Source: an uncultured Mollicutes bacterium (GTDB taxonomy: Bacteria > Bacillota_I > Bacilli_A > ML615J-28 > CAG-313). Taken from it: a DNA stretch of 64,000 bases. Below, one piece after another: positions 38,265 to 47,218 of this stretch; within the stretch, counting starts at the first letter, position 1, and each line of letters begins with the position of its first letter. Location of the stretch: NCBI GenBank assembly GCA_900548675.1, contig URLJ01000002.1:87493-151492 (forward strand), read 5' to 3'. Position numbers and translations under genes: made by a program. Below the pieces are notes generated by a model. It was not told the origin of the DNA, searched no databases, and was given only the letters and a program-made list of their open reading frames with translations.

Positions 38265-39701
38265 TTATAACCCACTAGCGAGCGCTTCTTGCAGTGCTCT
38301 TTTTTCTTTTACTTTATCTTTAATCACATCTTTTAATCTTAACCCAAAGTATAATGCAACATATAGTGCTGTATAACCAACATAAACAAAAAGTGAAAGA
38401 TGTGGCATTATTTTATATATGTCGCTTCCTAGTTCAACCCTAGTGAAAATTTCAAAGGCTGGGATTAAATCGATGATTACCTTTTTATTATACATAAACA
38501 AATAATTGACTTCGAAATAGTTATTACCATTTTTAATAGCTATTCCGTTTAAAACGGTATTGAGAATAAGACAAATAATAAAGTAAACCGAAAATCCTAT
38601 GAAAGCATCTAAAAGTGAACGTTTATCCATTTTAGGAAAAATCCCTAATGTAAGACACAAAATAGGTACTACCATTACATTAGTATGTTCATAAATAAAA
38701 TGCATATTCCAAACTTCAAATATTCCTGTGCCATTAACATCAGGAACGGCTAATGCTAGTGTTGCTCCTACCGCATTGATTAAGAAATTAAAATTAAAGA
38801 TATGTTTATTTTTAGTTATTAATGCGATTATTATCAAATACGAAGCAAGATTACACAATTGAAGGGGCAAGCGCTTAATGTTAATCGTTAACGCAAACAT
38901 TGAATTATACTGTATTATCAATGAGAGAGCTAAGACAAAACATAGCGCTAATTTAGTTTGATCACTTTTTTTCTTAAATAGAAGCGTTAATACCACCACT
39001 TTAATTGGTAAGTATAAAATCCAAATAATATGTGATATGCTAAATCCATCAAAAATAATATTACTATAGCCAAATAGTATTTGTGGTACATAAATAGGCA
39101 TATTTTGAATCATCAAAAGAATAAGTGTTATTAGTAAATATAGCCATTCTTTAGCGTTTTTCACACAGAAACGATGCTTATCTACAATATATATTTTAAG
39201 CGTTATAATAAAGGCTATAAGCCATTCTAGACTTAACCATATTGTTCTAAACACTTGATTTAACGAGACATCTTTTACACCCTGATTTAACCAATATATC
39301 ATGTTGATTCCACGGCCTTGAGGATCTAAATAATAAAGCATGTAAGTATTATAAGAAAAAATACTTATAATTGTTACGGGCAAACATATATATACTGCTA
39401 AATTTTTAAATAAACGATTTTTAAAAAATGTCGCAATAATGAGAATAATTGGTGTACAAGCATTAAAAATTCTAAGAATTGCGTGAGGTTTACTTAAAGT
39501 ATTTAATTCGAAGATATTATCTCCAACACTTTTAATAAAAGCATCAGGAAGTATTAACCCTACAAAAAATAATCCGAAATACGCAACAGCTAGTATTTGT
39601 GAAAATTTTGTGTTGACATTCTCATTTCCCTTTTTATTTAAAAAAAGAATTACTATTACTGTAATCAAGGTAATTACTAATAAAATAATTGTGCTTATCA
39701 T
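38265..39701 (-). CDS. Polytopic integral membrane protein (about 12 TM), function unknown
   Basis: 478 aa, highly hydrophobic, with no nucleotide-binding motifs. Confidence 0.55.
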   Translation of the reverse strand: MISTIILLVITLITVIVILFLNKKGNENVNTKFSQILAVAYFGLFFVGLILPDAFIKSVGDNIFELNTLSKPHAILRIFNACTPIILIIATFFKNRLFKNLAVYICLPVTIISIFSYNTYMLYYLDPQGRGINMIYWLNQGVKDVSLNQVFRTIWLSLEWLIAFIITLKIYIVDKHRFCVKNAKEWLYLLITLILLMIQNMPIYVPQILFGYSNIIFDGFSISHIIWILYLPIKVVVLTLLFKKKSDQTKLALCFVLALSLIIQYNSMFALTINIKRLPLQLCNLASYLIIIALITKNKHIFNFNFLINAVGATLALAVPDVNGTGIFEVWNMHFIYEHTNVMVVPILCLTLGIFPKMDKRSLLDAFIGFSVYFIICLILNTVLNGIAIKNGNNYFEVNYLFMYNKKVIIDLIPAFEIFTRVELGSDIYKIMPHLSLFVYVGYTALYVALYFGLRLKDVIKDKVKEKRALQEALASGL

Positions 39702-39798
39702 AGACTTCTCCTCCGGTAGTTACATTATACTCATTTTCCTTTTTTTTACAATAGCCTAAAAATCAAAATGCATTTTTAACTTATTAGAAAGCACTTTC

Positions 39799-39808
39799 TT
39801 GATATAAT
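39799..39808 (+). promoter_or_regulatory. Extended -10 (TGaTATAAT) for the PD-(D/E)xK-like gene
   Basis: cTTGATATAATg lies 25 nt upstream of the ATG at 39833. Confidence 0.4.
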
Positions 39809-39832
39809 GTATTTAAGTTATTGGTGATATAT

Positions 39833-40558
39833 ATGAATTTAGAAGAAATCTTAGAAAAAGTAAAAAAAAGTGAAATAATTAATGATTCTATTGGTACAAA
39901 ACAAGAGAAAACAATTCATAAAGTTTTAAAATTTTATCTTGCAGATGATGCAAAATATCATGAAATAAAAATTGATAATTATTTTATCGATGTATATAAA
40001 GATGGCATGATATATGAAATTCAAACAAAATCTTTCAATGCGATTAAAAATAAATTATCAAATCTTTTAATAAATCATGAAGTGACTATCGTTTATCCTT
40101 TGACTATTGAAAAGCATATATATATTGAAGATGATAATGGCGAACTTTTACGTAAAAGAAAATCACCTAAAACCGGTTCTCCTTTAATCATTTGTAGCGA
40201 ATTATATAAAATTAAAAGTTTACTTAAATCTAATAACTTGCATTTAATGATTGTTCTTTTAAAAACAAAAGAAAGAAGATTCTTAAGAATTAATAGATAC
40301 CATAGAACCGTTTCTTCTAGGATTGATGAATTACCTTTTGAGATTACTTCAAAACTTGATTTTAAAACTGTAGCTGAGTTATCTGATCTTTTACCAAATA
40401 CCTTGCCAGCTGAATTTACAACTAACGATTTAGTAAAAAACCTAAAACTAAGAAAGAAAGATGCCTCTTTAGTTGCAAATATTCTTTATAGCACCGGAGC
40501 ACTAGAGAGAACAGGAAAGGTCCGTAACTGTTATTTGTATAAAAAACATATATATTAA
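39833..40558 (+). CDS. Hypothetical protein with a PD-(D/E)xK nuclease-like motif
   Basis: MNLEEILEK... contains IDVYKDGMIYEIQTK, which has D..(x)n..E.K spacing. The N-terminal side has an HK/Q region. No other homology is recognisable by eye. Confidence 0.4.
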   Translation: MNLEEILEKVKKSEIINDSIGTKQEKTIHKVLKFYLADDAKYHEIKIDNYFIDVYKDGMIYEIQTKSFNAIKNKLSNLLINHEVTIVYPLTIEKHIYIEDDNGELLRKRKSPKTGSPLIICSELYKIKSLLKSNNLHLMIVLLKTKERRFLRINRYHRTVSSRIDELPFEITSKLDFKTVAELSDLLPNTLPAEFTTNDLVKNLKLRKKDASLVANILYSTGALERTGKVRNCYLYKKHIY

Positions 40559-40562
40559 TATC

Positions 40563-40600
40563 AAAAATACCTGCCCAATTTAAGAGGCAGGTATTTTAAT
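40563..40600. terminator. Bidirectional rho-independent terminator
   Basis: aaaaATACCTGCCcaatttaagagGGCAGGTATtttaattt. Confidence 0.75.
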
Positions 40601-40613
40601 TTATTGATTCTAA

Positions 40614-41483
40614 CTAATTCGTTTTATACTTTCTACTTATTTTATTAATAACAGAAGCTATTAAGAAAGCAATTAAATTCACTATTACAATACTAGCTGC
40701 TGATGAATATTGATAAAAACCAAAGAAAGCGATAATAAAGCAAACAACTGATATTGCTGCTGCAAACCATACAACTTTTTTGAAATTATTAAATAATCTC
40801 ATCGAAGTAAGTGCGGGGAAAATTATAATGCTAGATATTAGTAGGGTTCCCATTATTCTCATTCCAAATACAATTAAAATAGCAGTTAAAATTGACAAGA
40901 TACTGTTATATAGTTTTGTATTAATCCCTACCGCCTTAGCAAATGATTCATCAAATGTAACGGCGAAGATATGATTTTGAAAACAAATAAATAATCCTAC
41001 AACAACGACAGTTAAGGCTATTACAATATATAAATCTGTTCTAGTAACCGTGGTAATACTTCCAAACATATATTTAGAAATATCTGCAGATGTTCCACCA
41101 GAAACGCTAATCGCGAGATATCCCACTGCGAGTGAACTGCTGGCTATTAGGGCTATCGCACTATCACCTTTTATTTTTTTATTTTCACCAATTCTAAGTA
41201 GTACATATGCCGCAACAATTACAATTGGTATTGCGATTAATAATTCCCAACCTTCTTTTTTTAAACCTTTGTCATGCATTTCTAAAATAGTGTTAAAAGC
41301 AAGTGCTAAAGAAAATGCGCCAAAACCAACATGAGACAAACCATCACCAATCATTGAATATCTTTTTAACACTAATATAACTCCTATAATCGAAGCACTA
41401 ACGCATAATAAGATACCGACAATTATTGCTTCAGGCATATATTTCATAATACTCACGATATCATTAAGCCATGTTAGATACAT
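40614..41483 (-). CDS. znuB: Metal (Zn/Mn) ABC transporter permease
   Basis: ZnuB/MntB-like TM pattern. It is the last gene of the zur-znuACB operon. Confidence 0.8.
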   Translation of the reverse strand: MYLTWLNDIVSIMKYMPEAIIVGILLCVSASIIGVILVLKRYSMIGDGLSHVGFGAFSLALAFNTILEMHDKGLKKEGWELLIAIPIVIVAAYVLLRIGENKKIKGDSAIALIASSSLAVGYLAISVSGGTSADISKYMFGSITTVTRTDLYIVIALTVVVVGLFICFQNHIFAVTFDESFAKAVGINTKLYNSILSILTAILIVFGMRIMGTLLISSIIIFPALTSMRLFNNFKKVVWFAAAISVVCFIIAFFGFYQYSSAASIVIVNLIAFLIASVINKISRKYKTN

Positions 41484-42165
41484 TTACAGCACCTTCTTTC
41501 TTAAGATATTCTTTTGGCGTACCATCAAATTTAATTGTTTCATCGATTTCAATGATTCTATTAACATATTTAATTGTCGTTTCATTATCATGAGAGATCA
41601 TTACAATAGATACACCATATAGTTTATTAATTTCAGATAAAGTACGATATAACTGTTCTCTTGTTCGTTCATCCAAAGCATTGAATGGTTCATCTAAAAA
41701 AAGTATTTTTTCACAAGAGACAAGAGCTCTCGCTAATAAAACCTTTTGTCTTTCTCCACCTGATAGCTCTTTAAATGATTTATTCCGTAAATCATCAATA
41801 CCAAGAATCGTCATATATCTAATAGCTAAATTTCGTTCTTCTTTATTGTAAATGGCTCTTAAACCCAATCTATTGACGCATCCCGAAATAACTACTTCAT
41901 AGGCTGTTGCGGGAAAATCTGGATTAGCTTTTATTTCTTGAGGTAAATAACCGATGGCAGAGTGTTTTACTGATGGATCATATTTTATTTTACCACTGAG
42001 TGGTGGTAAAAGTTTTACTAATGTTTTAATTAGAGTACTTTTTCCACTGCCATTGGCACCAAAAATACCGATAAAATCTCCGGCTTCAATAGTTAAATTA
42101 ACATTTTTTAAAACTGTTTTATTATCATAACCTACTCTTAGCTTTTCACAAGCAATTAATTTCAT
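41464..42165 (-). CDS. znuC: Metal ABC transporter ATP-binding protein
   Basis: Walker A GANGSGKSTLIKTL, signature LSGGERQ, Walker B LFLDEP. Confidence 0.85.
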   Translation of the reverse strand: MKLIACEKLRVGYDNKTVLKNVNLTIEAGDFIGIFGANGSGKSTLIKTLVKLLPPLSGKIKYDPSVKHSAIGYLPQEIKANPDFPATAYEVVISGCVNRLGLRAIYNKEERNLAIRYMTILGIDDLRNKSFKELSGGERQKVLLARALVSCEKILFLDEPFNALDERTREQLYRTLSEINKLYGVSIVMISHDNETTIKYVNRIIEIDETIKFDGTPKEYLKKEGAVNVSNMA

Positions 42166-43094
42166 AAAAGCCCCCTCTCTAAGTTTTTAATATTATTTTT
42201 TAAAATATCTAAATAACTAATATTATTGTTAAAGTCTTCTCTACTAACATTATGCCCAGAATGAAGAACAAGGATTGCTGCAGAGGTCCCCTTCGTAATA
42301 GTCTTAGCCATACTATTATCTGTCATAAGTTCTTTTATATATATAACTGGTATGTTTTCTTTTTTAATCGCTTCATTCATTTGGATTATTGTCGAAATAG
42401 CCGGATCTACTTCCATTGAACAAGAATCATATGCAGACACGAAATCGAAACCATATTCTTCAGTTAAATAAAGAAAAGCAAATGGTGCTCCAAAATATAA
42501 CGTTGTTCTTTTAGCCTTCTTTTTTAATTCTTTTAAGGATGTATCAATTTCATTTAAAGACTTAATATATGCTGCTGCCTTTTCTTCATAATAAGCACTA
42601 TTGGCGTTATCAAGTTTTTTAATAGCTGTCAAAACATCTTCTACCATATATGTTACATATCTTGGGTTTGTCCATATATGGGGGTCAGCACTATGTTTAT
42701 GATGATGTTTATGTTCATTTCCATCGTGAGTTTCATGTAATTCGTATGTAATAATTCTTTCATCTTTAGAAAAATCCACTACTATTACATCACTACTCAA
42801 TCCCTCAACAATTTTAGAAGCCCATGTTTCCATAAAATCACCTGTATATATAAACATTTTAGCTTTTTTCACTAAAACAATATCTCTAACAGAAGGATCA
42901 TAAGAGTGGGTATCTTCACCTGGTGATAGAAGCATCTTAATATTAAAATTCTCTCCTGCTATAGTTCTAGCTATATCATAATGAGGAAAAAGGGTTGTAA
43001 CAATTATGGGTTTATTGTCTTCTTCTTTTTTACAAGAGGTGATTAAAACCACCATAAGTAGTATTACTACTACAATTCCTATTCTTTTTTTCAT
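42162..43094 (-). CDS. znuA: Zinc ABC transporter substrate-binding lipoprotein
   Basis: Lipobox LITSCKK. His-rich loop HETHDGNEHKHHHKHSADPH, typical of ZnuA/AdcA. Confidence 0.85.
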   Translation of the reverse strand: MKKRIGIVVVILLMVVLITSCKKEEDNKPIIVTTLFPHYDIARTIAGENFNIKMLLSPGEDTHSYDPSVRDIVLVKKAKMFIYTGDFMETWASKIVEGLSSDVIVVDFSKDERIITYELHETHDGNEHKHHHKHSADPHIWTNPRYVTYMVEDVLTAIKKLDNANSAYYEEKAAAYIKSLNEIDTSLKELKKKAKRTTLYFGAPFAFLYLTEEYGFDFVSAYDSCSMEVDPAISTIIQMNEAIKKENIPVIYIKELMTDNSMAKTITKGTSAAILVLHSGHNVSREDFNNNISYLDILKNNIKNLERGLL

Positions 43095-43501
43095 ACTTTC
43101 CCCCTACAATCTTCACATTTACCATAAAGAATTATTTTATCTGGATCAACATCAAAATGATGCTCTTTAGATACATGAGCGATAATCTTGCTGAAATCAT
43201 CACATTCCATATGTATAAGTTTTCCACATTCCATACACTTTAAATGAAAATGTTCATGGGAATTATCACAACCTAAATATTGATAACATGTTTTATCACT
43301 ATCTGGTAACACATACTTCCTAACATCACCTGTTGTTGTTAAAACATCCAAATAACGATACAATGTAGATTTACTTACTTGATTACCTTTTGCATATAAC
43401 ATATATAATATTTCATCAGCTGTAAGGTTCTTATTAATATTCTCTTGTAAAAACTCTAAAATTACACTTTTTTGTTTGGTATTATAACTTTTAGGTTCCA
43501 T
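43091..43501 (-). CDS. zur: Fur-family regulator, probably Zur
   Basis: Fur-family HTH and CxxC pairs (CMECG...CEDC). It is the first gene of the zinc-uptake operon. Confidence 0.8.
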   Translation of the reverse strand: MEPKSYNTKQKSVILEFLQENINKNLTADEILYMLYAKGNQVSKSTLYRYLDVLTTTGDVRKYVLPDSDKTCYQYLGCDNSHEHFHLKCMECGKLIHMECDDFSKIIAHVSKEHHFDVDPDKIILYGKCEDCRGKV

Positions 43502-43543
43502 AATAATCCTCCAATTTGAAATTGAGTCTTAGTTTATATTTAT

Positions 43544-43572
43544 ATTATACAACATCATCTAAAATTATACAA
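43544..43572 (-). promoter_or_regulatory. sigma-A type promoter (-35 TTGTAT, 17 nt, -10 TATAAT) for zur-znuACB
   Basis: The minus strand reads TTGTATaattttagatgatgttgTATAAT. Confidence 0.5.
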
Positions 43573-43604
43573 GTATTTAACAAAATAATTAATAAAAAGA
43601 AAAT

Positions 43605-43635
43605 ATCTCTAAACAATAAATTATTGTTCAGAGAT
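43605..43635. promoter_or_regulatory. 31-bp near-perfect palindrome (core AACAATAAaTTATTGTT). It is either a terminator for the LRR fragment or a Fur/Zur-type operator.
   Basis: atctctaAACAATAAATTATTGTTcagagat has an 8-1-8 perfect core with T-rich sequence downstream on the minus strand. Confidence 0.45.
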
Positions 43636-43653
43636 ATTATTAACATATATCCT

Positions 43654-43998
43654 CTATTTCTTGTATCCCCATACTACAGGATGGTTATCAAGATTCCAAT
43701 TAAAATCCCAACCATCTGGCTTGGAATTAGCCTCACAGTATATAGTTAAGTTATTACAGTCGATGAATGCATCGTCTCCTATACTTGTGATACTATTTGG
43801 ACTTACTATACTTGTTAGACTACTGCAGCCTCTGAATGCATTATCTTCTATACTTGTAATAGTGCTAGATATTATTGTTTTCATACATCCTTTAATTAAT
43901 GTATTAGTAGCAGTTTCTATTATTGCATTACAATTATCTCTAGAATCATATATTTTGTTTCCACTATCTACTTTAATACTTATTAAACTAGTACAATA
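43654..43998 (-). pseudogene. C-terminal fragment of a BspA-type leucine-rich-repeat surface protein (no start codon, no promoter)
   Basis: The frame is open from the stop at 43999-44001. It encodes ..[78 protein letters not shown].., which are BspA-like LRRs. Upstream it abuts a terminator. Confidence 0.55.
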
Positions 43999-44049
43999 TT
44001 AGAATGCATACCTTTCTAGACTTTTTTCTTTTTTATATTTTTATATATA

Positions 44050-44092
44050 AAAAGAGCCGATTAACAAGTAGTTTGTTAATGGACTCTTTTGT
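44050..44092. terminator. Rho-independent terminator after the TPR gene
   Basis: aaagagccgattaacaagtagtttgttaatggactctttt is a compound stem followed by T-tracts. Confidence 0.6.
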
Positions 44093-44097
44093 TTTGT

Positions 44098-45075
44098 TTA
44101 ATGGATATCATTTGTTTTATCTTCTATAATATCACTATACAGTTGTTCTATTGAATTGTGGAGTTCTTCTAAACCTGGTTCAGCAGTATCAGCTAGTATT
44201 TGTGTTAATGCATCAATTACTTCTTGGGTAGGAGTGAGAGGTATGTTATACGCTTTTAAAAGTTCATTTATTTTTTCAGGCGATTTAGCTGTAATATTGC
44301 TGTATTGACTTTCAATTTTTTTCATAGCTTTTATTGCGTAATCCATATCAATATAGCTAATTGTTTTTTCATATAAATAATAAGCTAATTCATAGTCACC
44401 TATTTCATAATAGTAACCCGCTAGTAAAAAATACCCTCTACCAAATTGTAACGTGTTAAATGCGTAAGATAAAGCTTTAATTATGCTTTCCATAAAGCCT
44501 TGTAAATTACCTAAACGTTTATGAGTATCTGCTTCTAAAACAAAATAATCAAAACAAACCGGATTTAACTCTAAGGCTTTTTCAACCATTTCTAGGGTTC
44601 CTTCATAATCCTTTGTTTCTCTTAAAACATATGCTAATTGATAATAGAATATTGATACTGGTTCTTCATACTGGTGGATTTTTATGTCACTATGAATTTC
44701 TTGATATATAGCTCTTTCAACAATATGATTGAATTGAAGATAGGCAGCCTCATCATCAGAGCGTTTAAACGGAAAAGTATCAATAAGTTCAGTTAGTAAA
44801 CGTGAAGCCTCTGAAAATTGTTTTTCTTTTATCGCTTCTATAGCTCTTTTGTATTTTTTGTGTCTTGCATCTATTTGGGCAGCAGCGACCTCCATCATGC
44901 GCACTCTGCCTTTTTCACCAAGATGTTTTTTAAACACCATAAGTATTTCCTTTACAAGTTCTTCAGTGCCTTTCATTCTTTGAAAATGAGCTGCTTCATT
45001 CATTAAATAATTGAAATCGTGATCGAAATCACCTGTAAGGTTATTTTCTATTACATCGATAATTTTTTTATTCAC
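44098..45075 (-). CDS. TPR-repeat protein, function unknown
   Basis: Helical repeat patterns such as AYYLYEKTISY and ALELNPVCFDYF. Length 325 aa. Confidence 0.5.
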   Translation of the reverse strand: MNKKIIDVIENNLTGDFDHDFNYLMNEAAHFQRMKGTEELVKEILMVFKKHLGEKGRVRMMEVAAAQIDARHKKYKRAIEAIKEKQFSEASRLLTELIDTFPFKRSDDEAAYLQFNHIVERAIYQEIHSDIKIHQYEEPVSIFYYQLAYVLRETKDYEGTLEMVEKALELNPVCFDYFVLEADTHKRLGNLQGFMESIIKALSYAFNTLQFGRGYFLLAGYYYEIGDYELAYYLYEKTISYIDMDYAIKAMKKIESQYSNITAKSPEKINELLKAYNIPLTPTQEVIDALTQILADTAEPGLEELHNSIEQLYSDIIEDKTNDIH

Positions 45076-45926
45076 TATTTTGTCTCCTTCATTTGAGCTA
45101 TTTGTTCTTTAGAGATAAAGACTAGTTGTGATGTTTTAGCCATTTCTTCAATAATAAGTTTTACAATATTTTCTAATTCTGATGATTTTCCATAATTTGC
45201 TTCACACACAAAGTTTACTCGATCATCTTTTAAGAGAAGCTCTACTTTAGATTTTTGAGCTTTTTGGTATATCGCAATCGATTTACCGCCATATTGCTTA
45301 ACAAGTTTCATACAAGGAACATCTGTTAATCCATCACCTAAGTAGATCATATTACGATAAGGGATGCGTCTGTCATCATCATTAGTTTTTCTATTTAAGG
45401 CTTCATCATCCATAACATCTAATACCCCTTTAGATATTCTAAATAGGTATTGTGTTTTTGTTGTAAAGTTTACCGCGTGTTGAGGCCAATCAGCATTGCC
45501 ACTTGCATTATAATGAAATTCACATGCATATATCTTTTTAAATTCAGAGGCAATAGCGGTACCCTCAATTATTTCTTTTAATCCCGATGATAAGATATAG
45601 TGTTCAATCGTTATCCCAAGGGATTTTCCAAATTCATTTATTCTTTTAAACCAAGTTTTTACACCATTATAAAGAATTACATCTTTTCCCAAAGCTTGGA
45701 ACGATTCTCTTCTAATCGAAATTTCTTTTTTCTTAGCTTCTTTTATCATCAAATACATATATGCAAGTATTTTATCCATATCACTATCGTGAGCTATTTT
45801 ATTGGCTTTACTCCAAAACTCACCTGCGTTCATCCCTACACTCGGTATAAAACTATACTCTTGCATATCTTTAGCACATAATGTTTTATCAAAATCATAC
45901 ATTAAGGCAATAATTGGTTTTTCCAT
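45075..45926 (-). CDS. HAD-superfamily hydrolase
   Basis: Motif I MYDFDKTLC (DxDxT) and motif IV YLGDGLTD. Confidence 0.75.
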   Translation of the reverse strand: MEKPIIALMYDFDKTLCAKDMQEYSFIPSVGMNAGEFWSKANKIAHDSDMDKILAYMYLMIKEAKKKEISIRRESFQALGKDVILYNGVKTWFKRINEFGKSLGITIEHYILSSGLKEIIEGTAIASEFKKIYACEFHYNASGNADWPQHAVNFTTKTQYLFRISKGVLDVMDDEALNRKTNDDDRRIPYRNMIYLGDGLTDVPCMKLVKQYGGKSIAIYQKAQKSKVELLLKDDRVNFVCEANYGKSSELENIVKLIIEEMAKTSQLVFISKEQIAQMKETK

Positions 45927-45946
45927 AAACCCTCCCTTTATCTTTT

Positions 45947-47128
45947 TTATCTAAAAAACTCATCAAGTAATTGTTTATGATGACCTAATAGCACTAAATG
46001 GTGATTACCATATGGACTGTATAACAAATAATTTCTAAATTCTTTATCTATAGCCAATGCCATTTGTGTACGACATAAATCTTTTTCTTGTAAGTTTCTA
46101 GTTATTTCTGTTTCATAAGCAACATAACCATCAAGCATTGGTGAAATCTTAAATATTGTTGCAGCTTGTTCTTTAACTTCACCTACGATTGCGATACCTT
46201 GATTAGACTCAAAATGAGTATCGAAGGTATATTTGTCTACCATATCTAGAGGAATTGTACAATGTGCTAATACTAATTCATCTTTAGAAAGAATGCTTGG
46301 GTTGGCTTGAAAACTACTAATATTTAATAATTTTCTTGCGATATGCATTGAAACAAGTGTTGCAAGATCGCCTTCACAACACGCGCTGATGCCTTCCTTA
46401 TTAAGCAAGGCTAAAGCTATACATGCGGTTGTTTTAGATTTTTCGATTAAATCAAAACAGCGAATAGTTACACCATCCAATTTATATTTTCTAATTAAAG
46501 ATTTAAAGGCACCATAAACCTTAAATACTTTTGCAACTTCTTTTTCAGGAAATTTTGACATTAGTTCTCTTAATAATTTATCATTAGATGCAAAATTAGT
46601 AACGACTTCAACTAAAAATTCATCCATAGGTATATGTATTACTTCAATGCCATACTTTTCCTTTAAATCATCTTCATTGACACTTGATGCGATTAACCAA
46701 TCAGATGGTTCGCCAATTACAGCTAAGCGTGTTTTTTCTAGGGCTTTTTTCGCCATTGTTATTTTATAAATTGTTTTTATTCTTTCGGCTATTTCTACAG
46801 GATCACCTTCAAGAATTTCAAATTTCTCGTTTTGTTCTTTTAAGTAACTAGCAATTTCTAAAGTGGCTGCTAATGAGTTACTAGTTGGCGAGGTTAATAA
46901 GTAATATGGGCCTTTTGTTTTTTCCTTTAACTTTAGAAATTCTCCTTCAACTCCGCCTGTTCTTACAAAGACGATATTTAATTCAAATTGGTCCCATGTG
47001 TTAACGGTTACTTTTTTAAAGTTTTCTCCTAATGCTTTTGTTATTGCAGCAACGAACGCTTTAGAAGAAGCGTTAACTTTTTCTTCATTTGCATTCATAG
47101 CACTTAAATTTAATAATCCTAACTGCAT
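45947..47128 (-). CDS. Hypothetical protein resembling the L-fucose/arabinose isomerase-like family (COG2407-like)
   Basis: 393 aa with CCEGDLATLVSMHIARKLL and HHLVLLGHH-type segments. The assignment is tentative. Confidence 0.35.
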   Translation of the reverse strand: MQLGLLNLSAMNANEEKVNASSKAFVAAITKALGENFKKVTVNTWDQFELNIVFVRTGGVEGEFLKLKEKTKGPYYLLTSPTSNSLAATLEIASYLKEQNEKFEILEGDPVEIAERIKTIYKITMAKKALEKTRLAVIGEPSDWLIASSVNEDDLKEKYGIEVIHIPMDEFLVEVVTNFASNDKLLRELMSKFPEKEVAKVFKVYGAFKSLIRKYKLDGVTIRCFDLIEKSKTTACIALALLNKEGISACCEGDLATLVSMHIARKLLNISSFQANPSILSKDELVLAHCTIPLDMVDKYTFDTHFESNQGIAIVGEVKEQAATIFKISPMLDGYVAYETEITRNLQEKDLCRTQMALAIDKEFRNYLLYSPYGNHHLVLLGHHKQLLDEFFR

Positions 47129-47183
47129 ACTATTAATCCTTTCCTTCGTTCATTAATTTTATTATATCATTTTTATTTTGATT

Positions 47184-47218
47184 TCAAGAAAAAAGTGCTT
47201 GATTTTTCAAGCACTTTC
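47184..47218 (-). terminator. Rho-independent terminator after the ABC exporter pair
   Basis: aaagtgcttgatttttcaagcacttt stem, then a U-tract on the minus strand. Confidence 0.7.

Noticed and set aside
43661-44002. 113-aa plus-strand ORF
   Set aside because: It is antisense to the LRR fragment and overlaps the terminator. There is no start context and the composition is low-complexity.
44818-45006. Several 60-100 aa plus-strand ORFs inside minus-strand genes (for example 2240..2434, 4640..4909, 16801..17004, 25095..25445, 41050..41334, 49321..49632)
   Set aside because: All are antisense to long, well-supported genes. They lack ribosome-binding sites and have the skewed composition typical of antisense AT-rich coding DNA.
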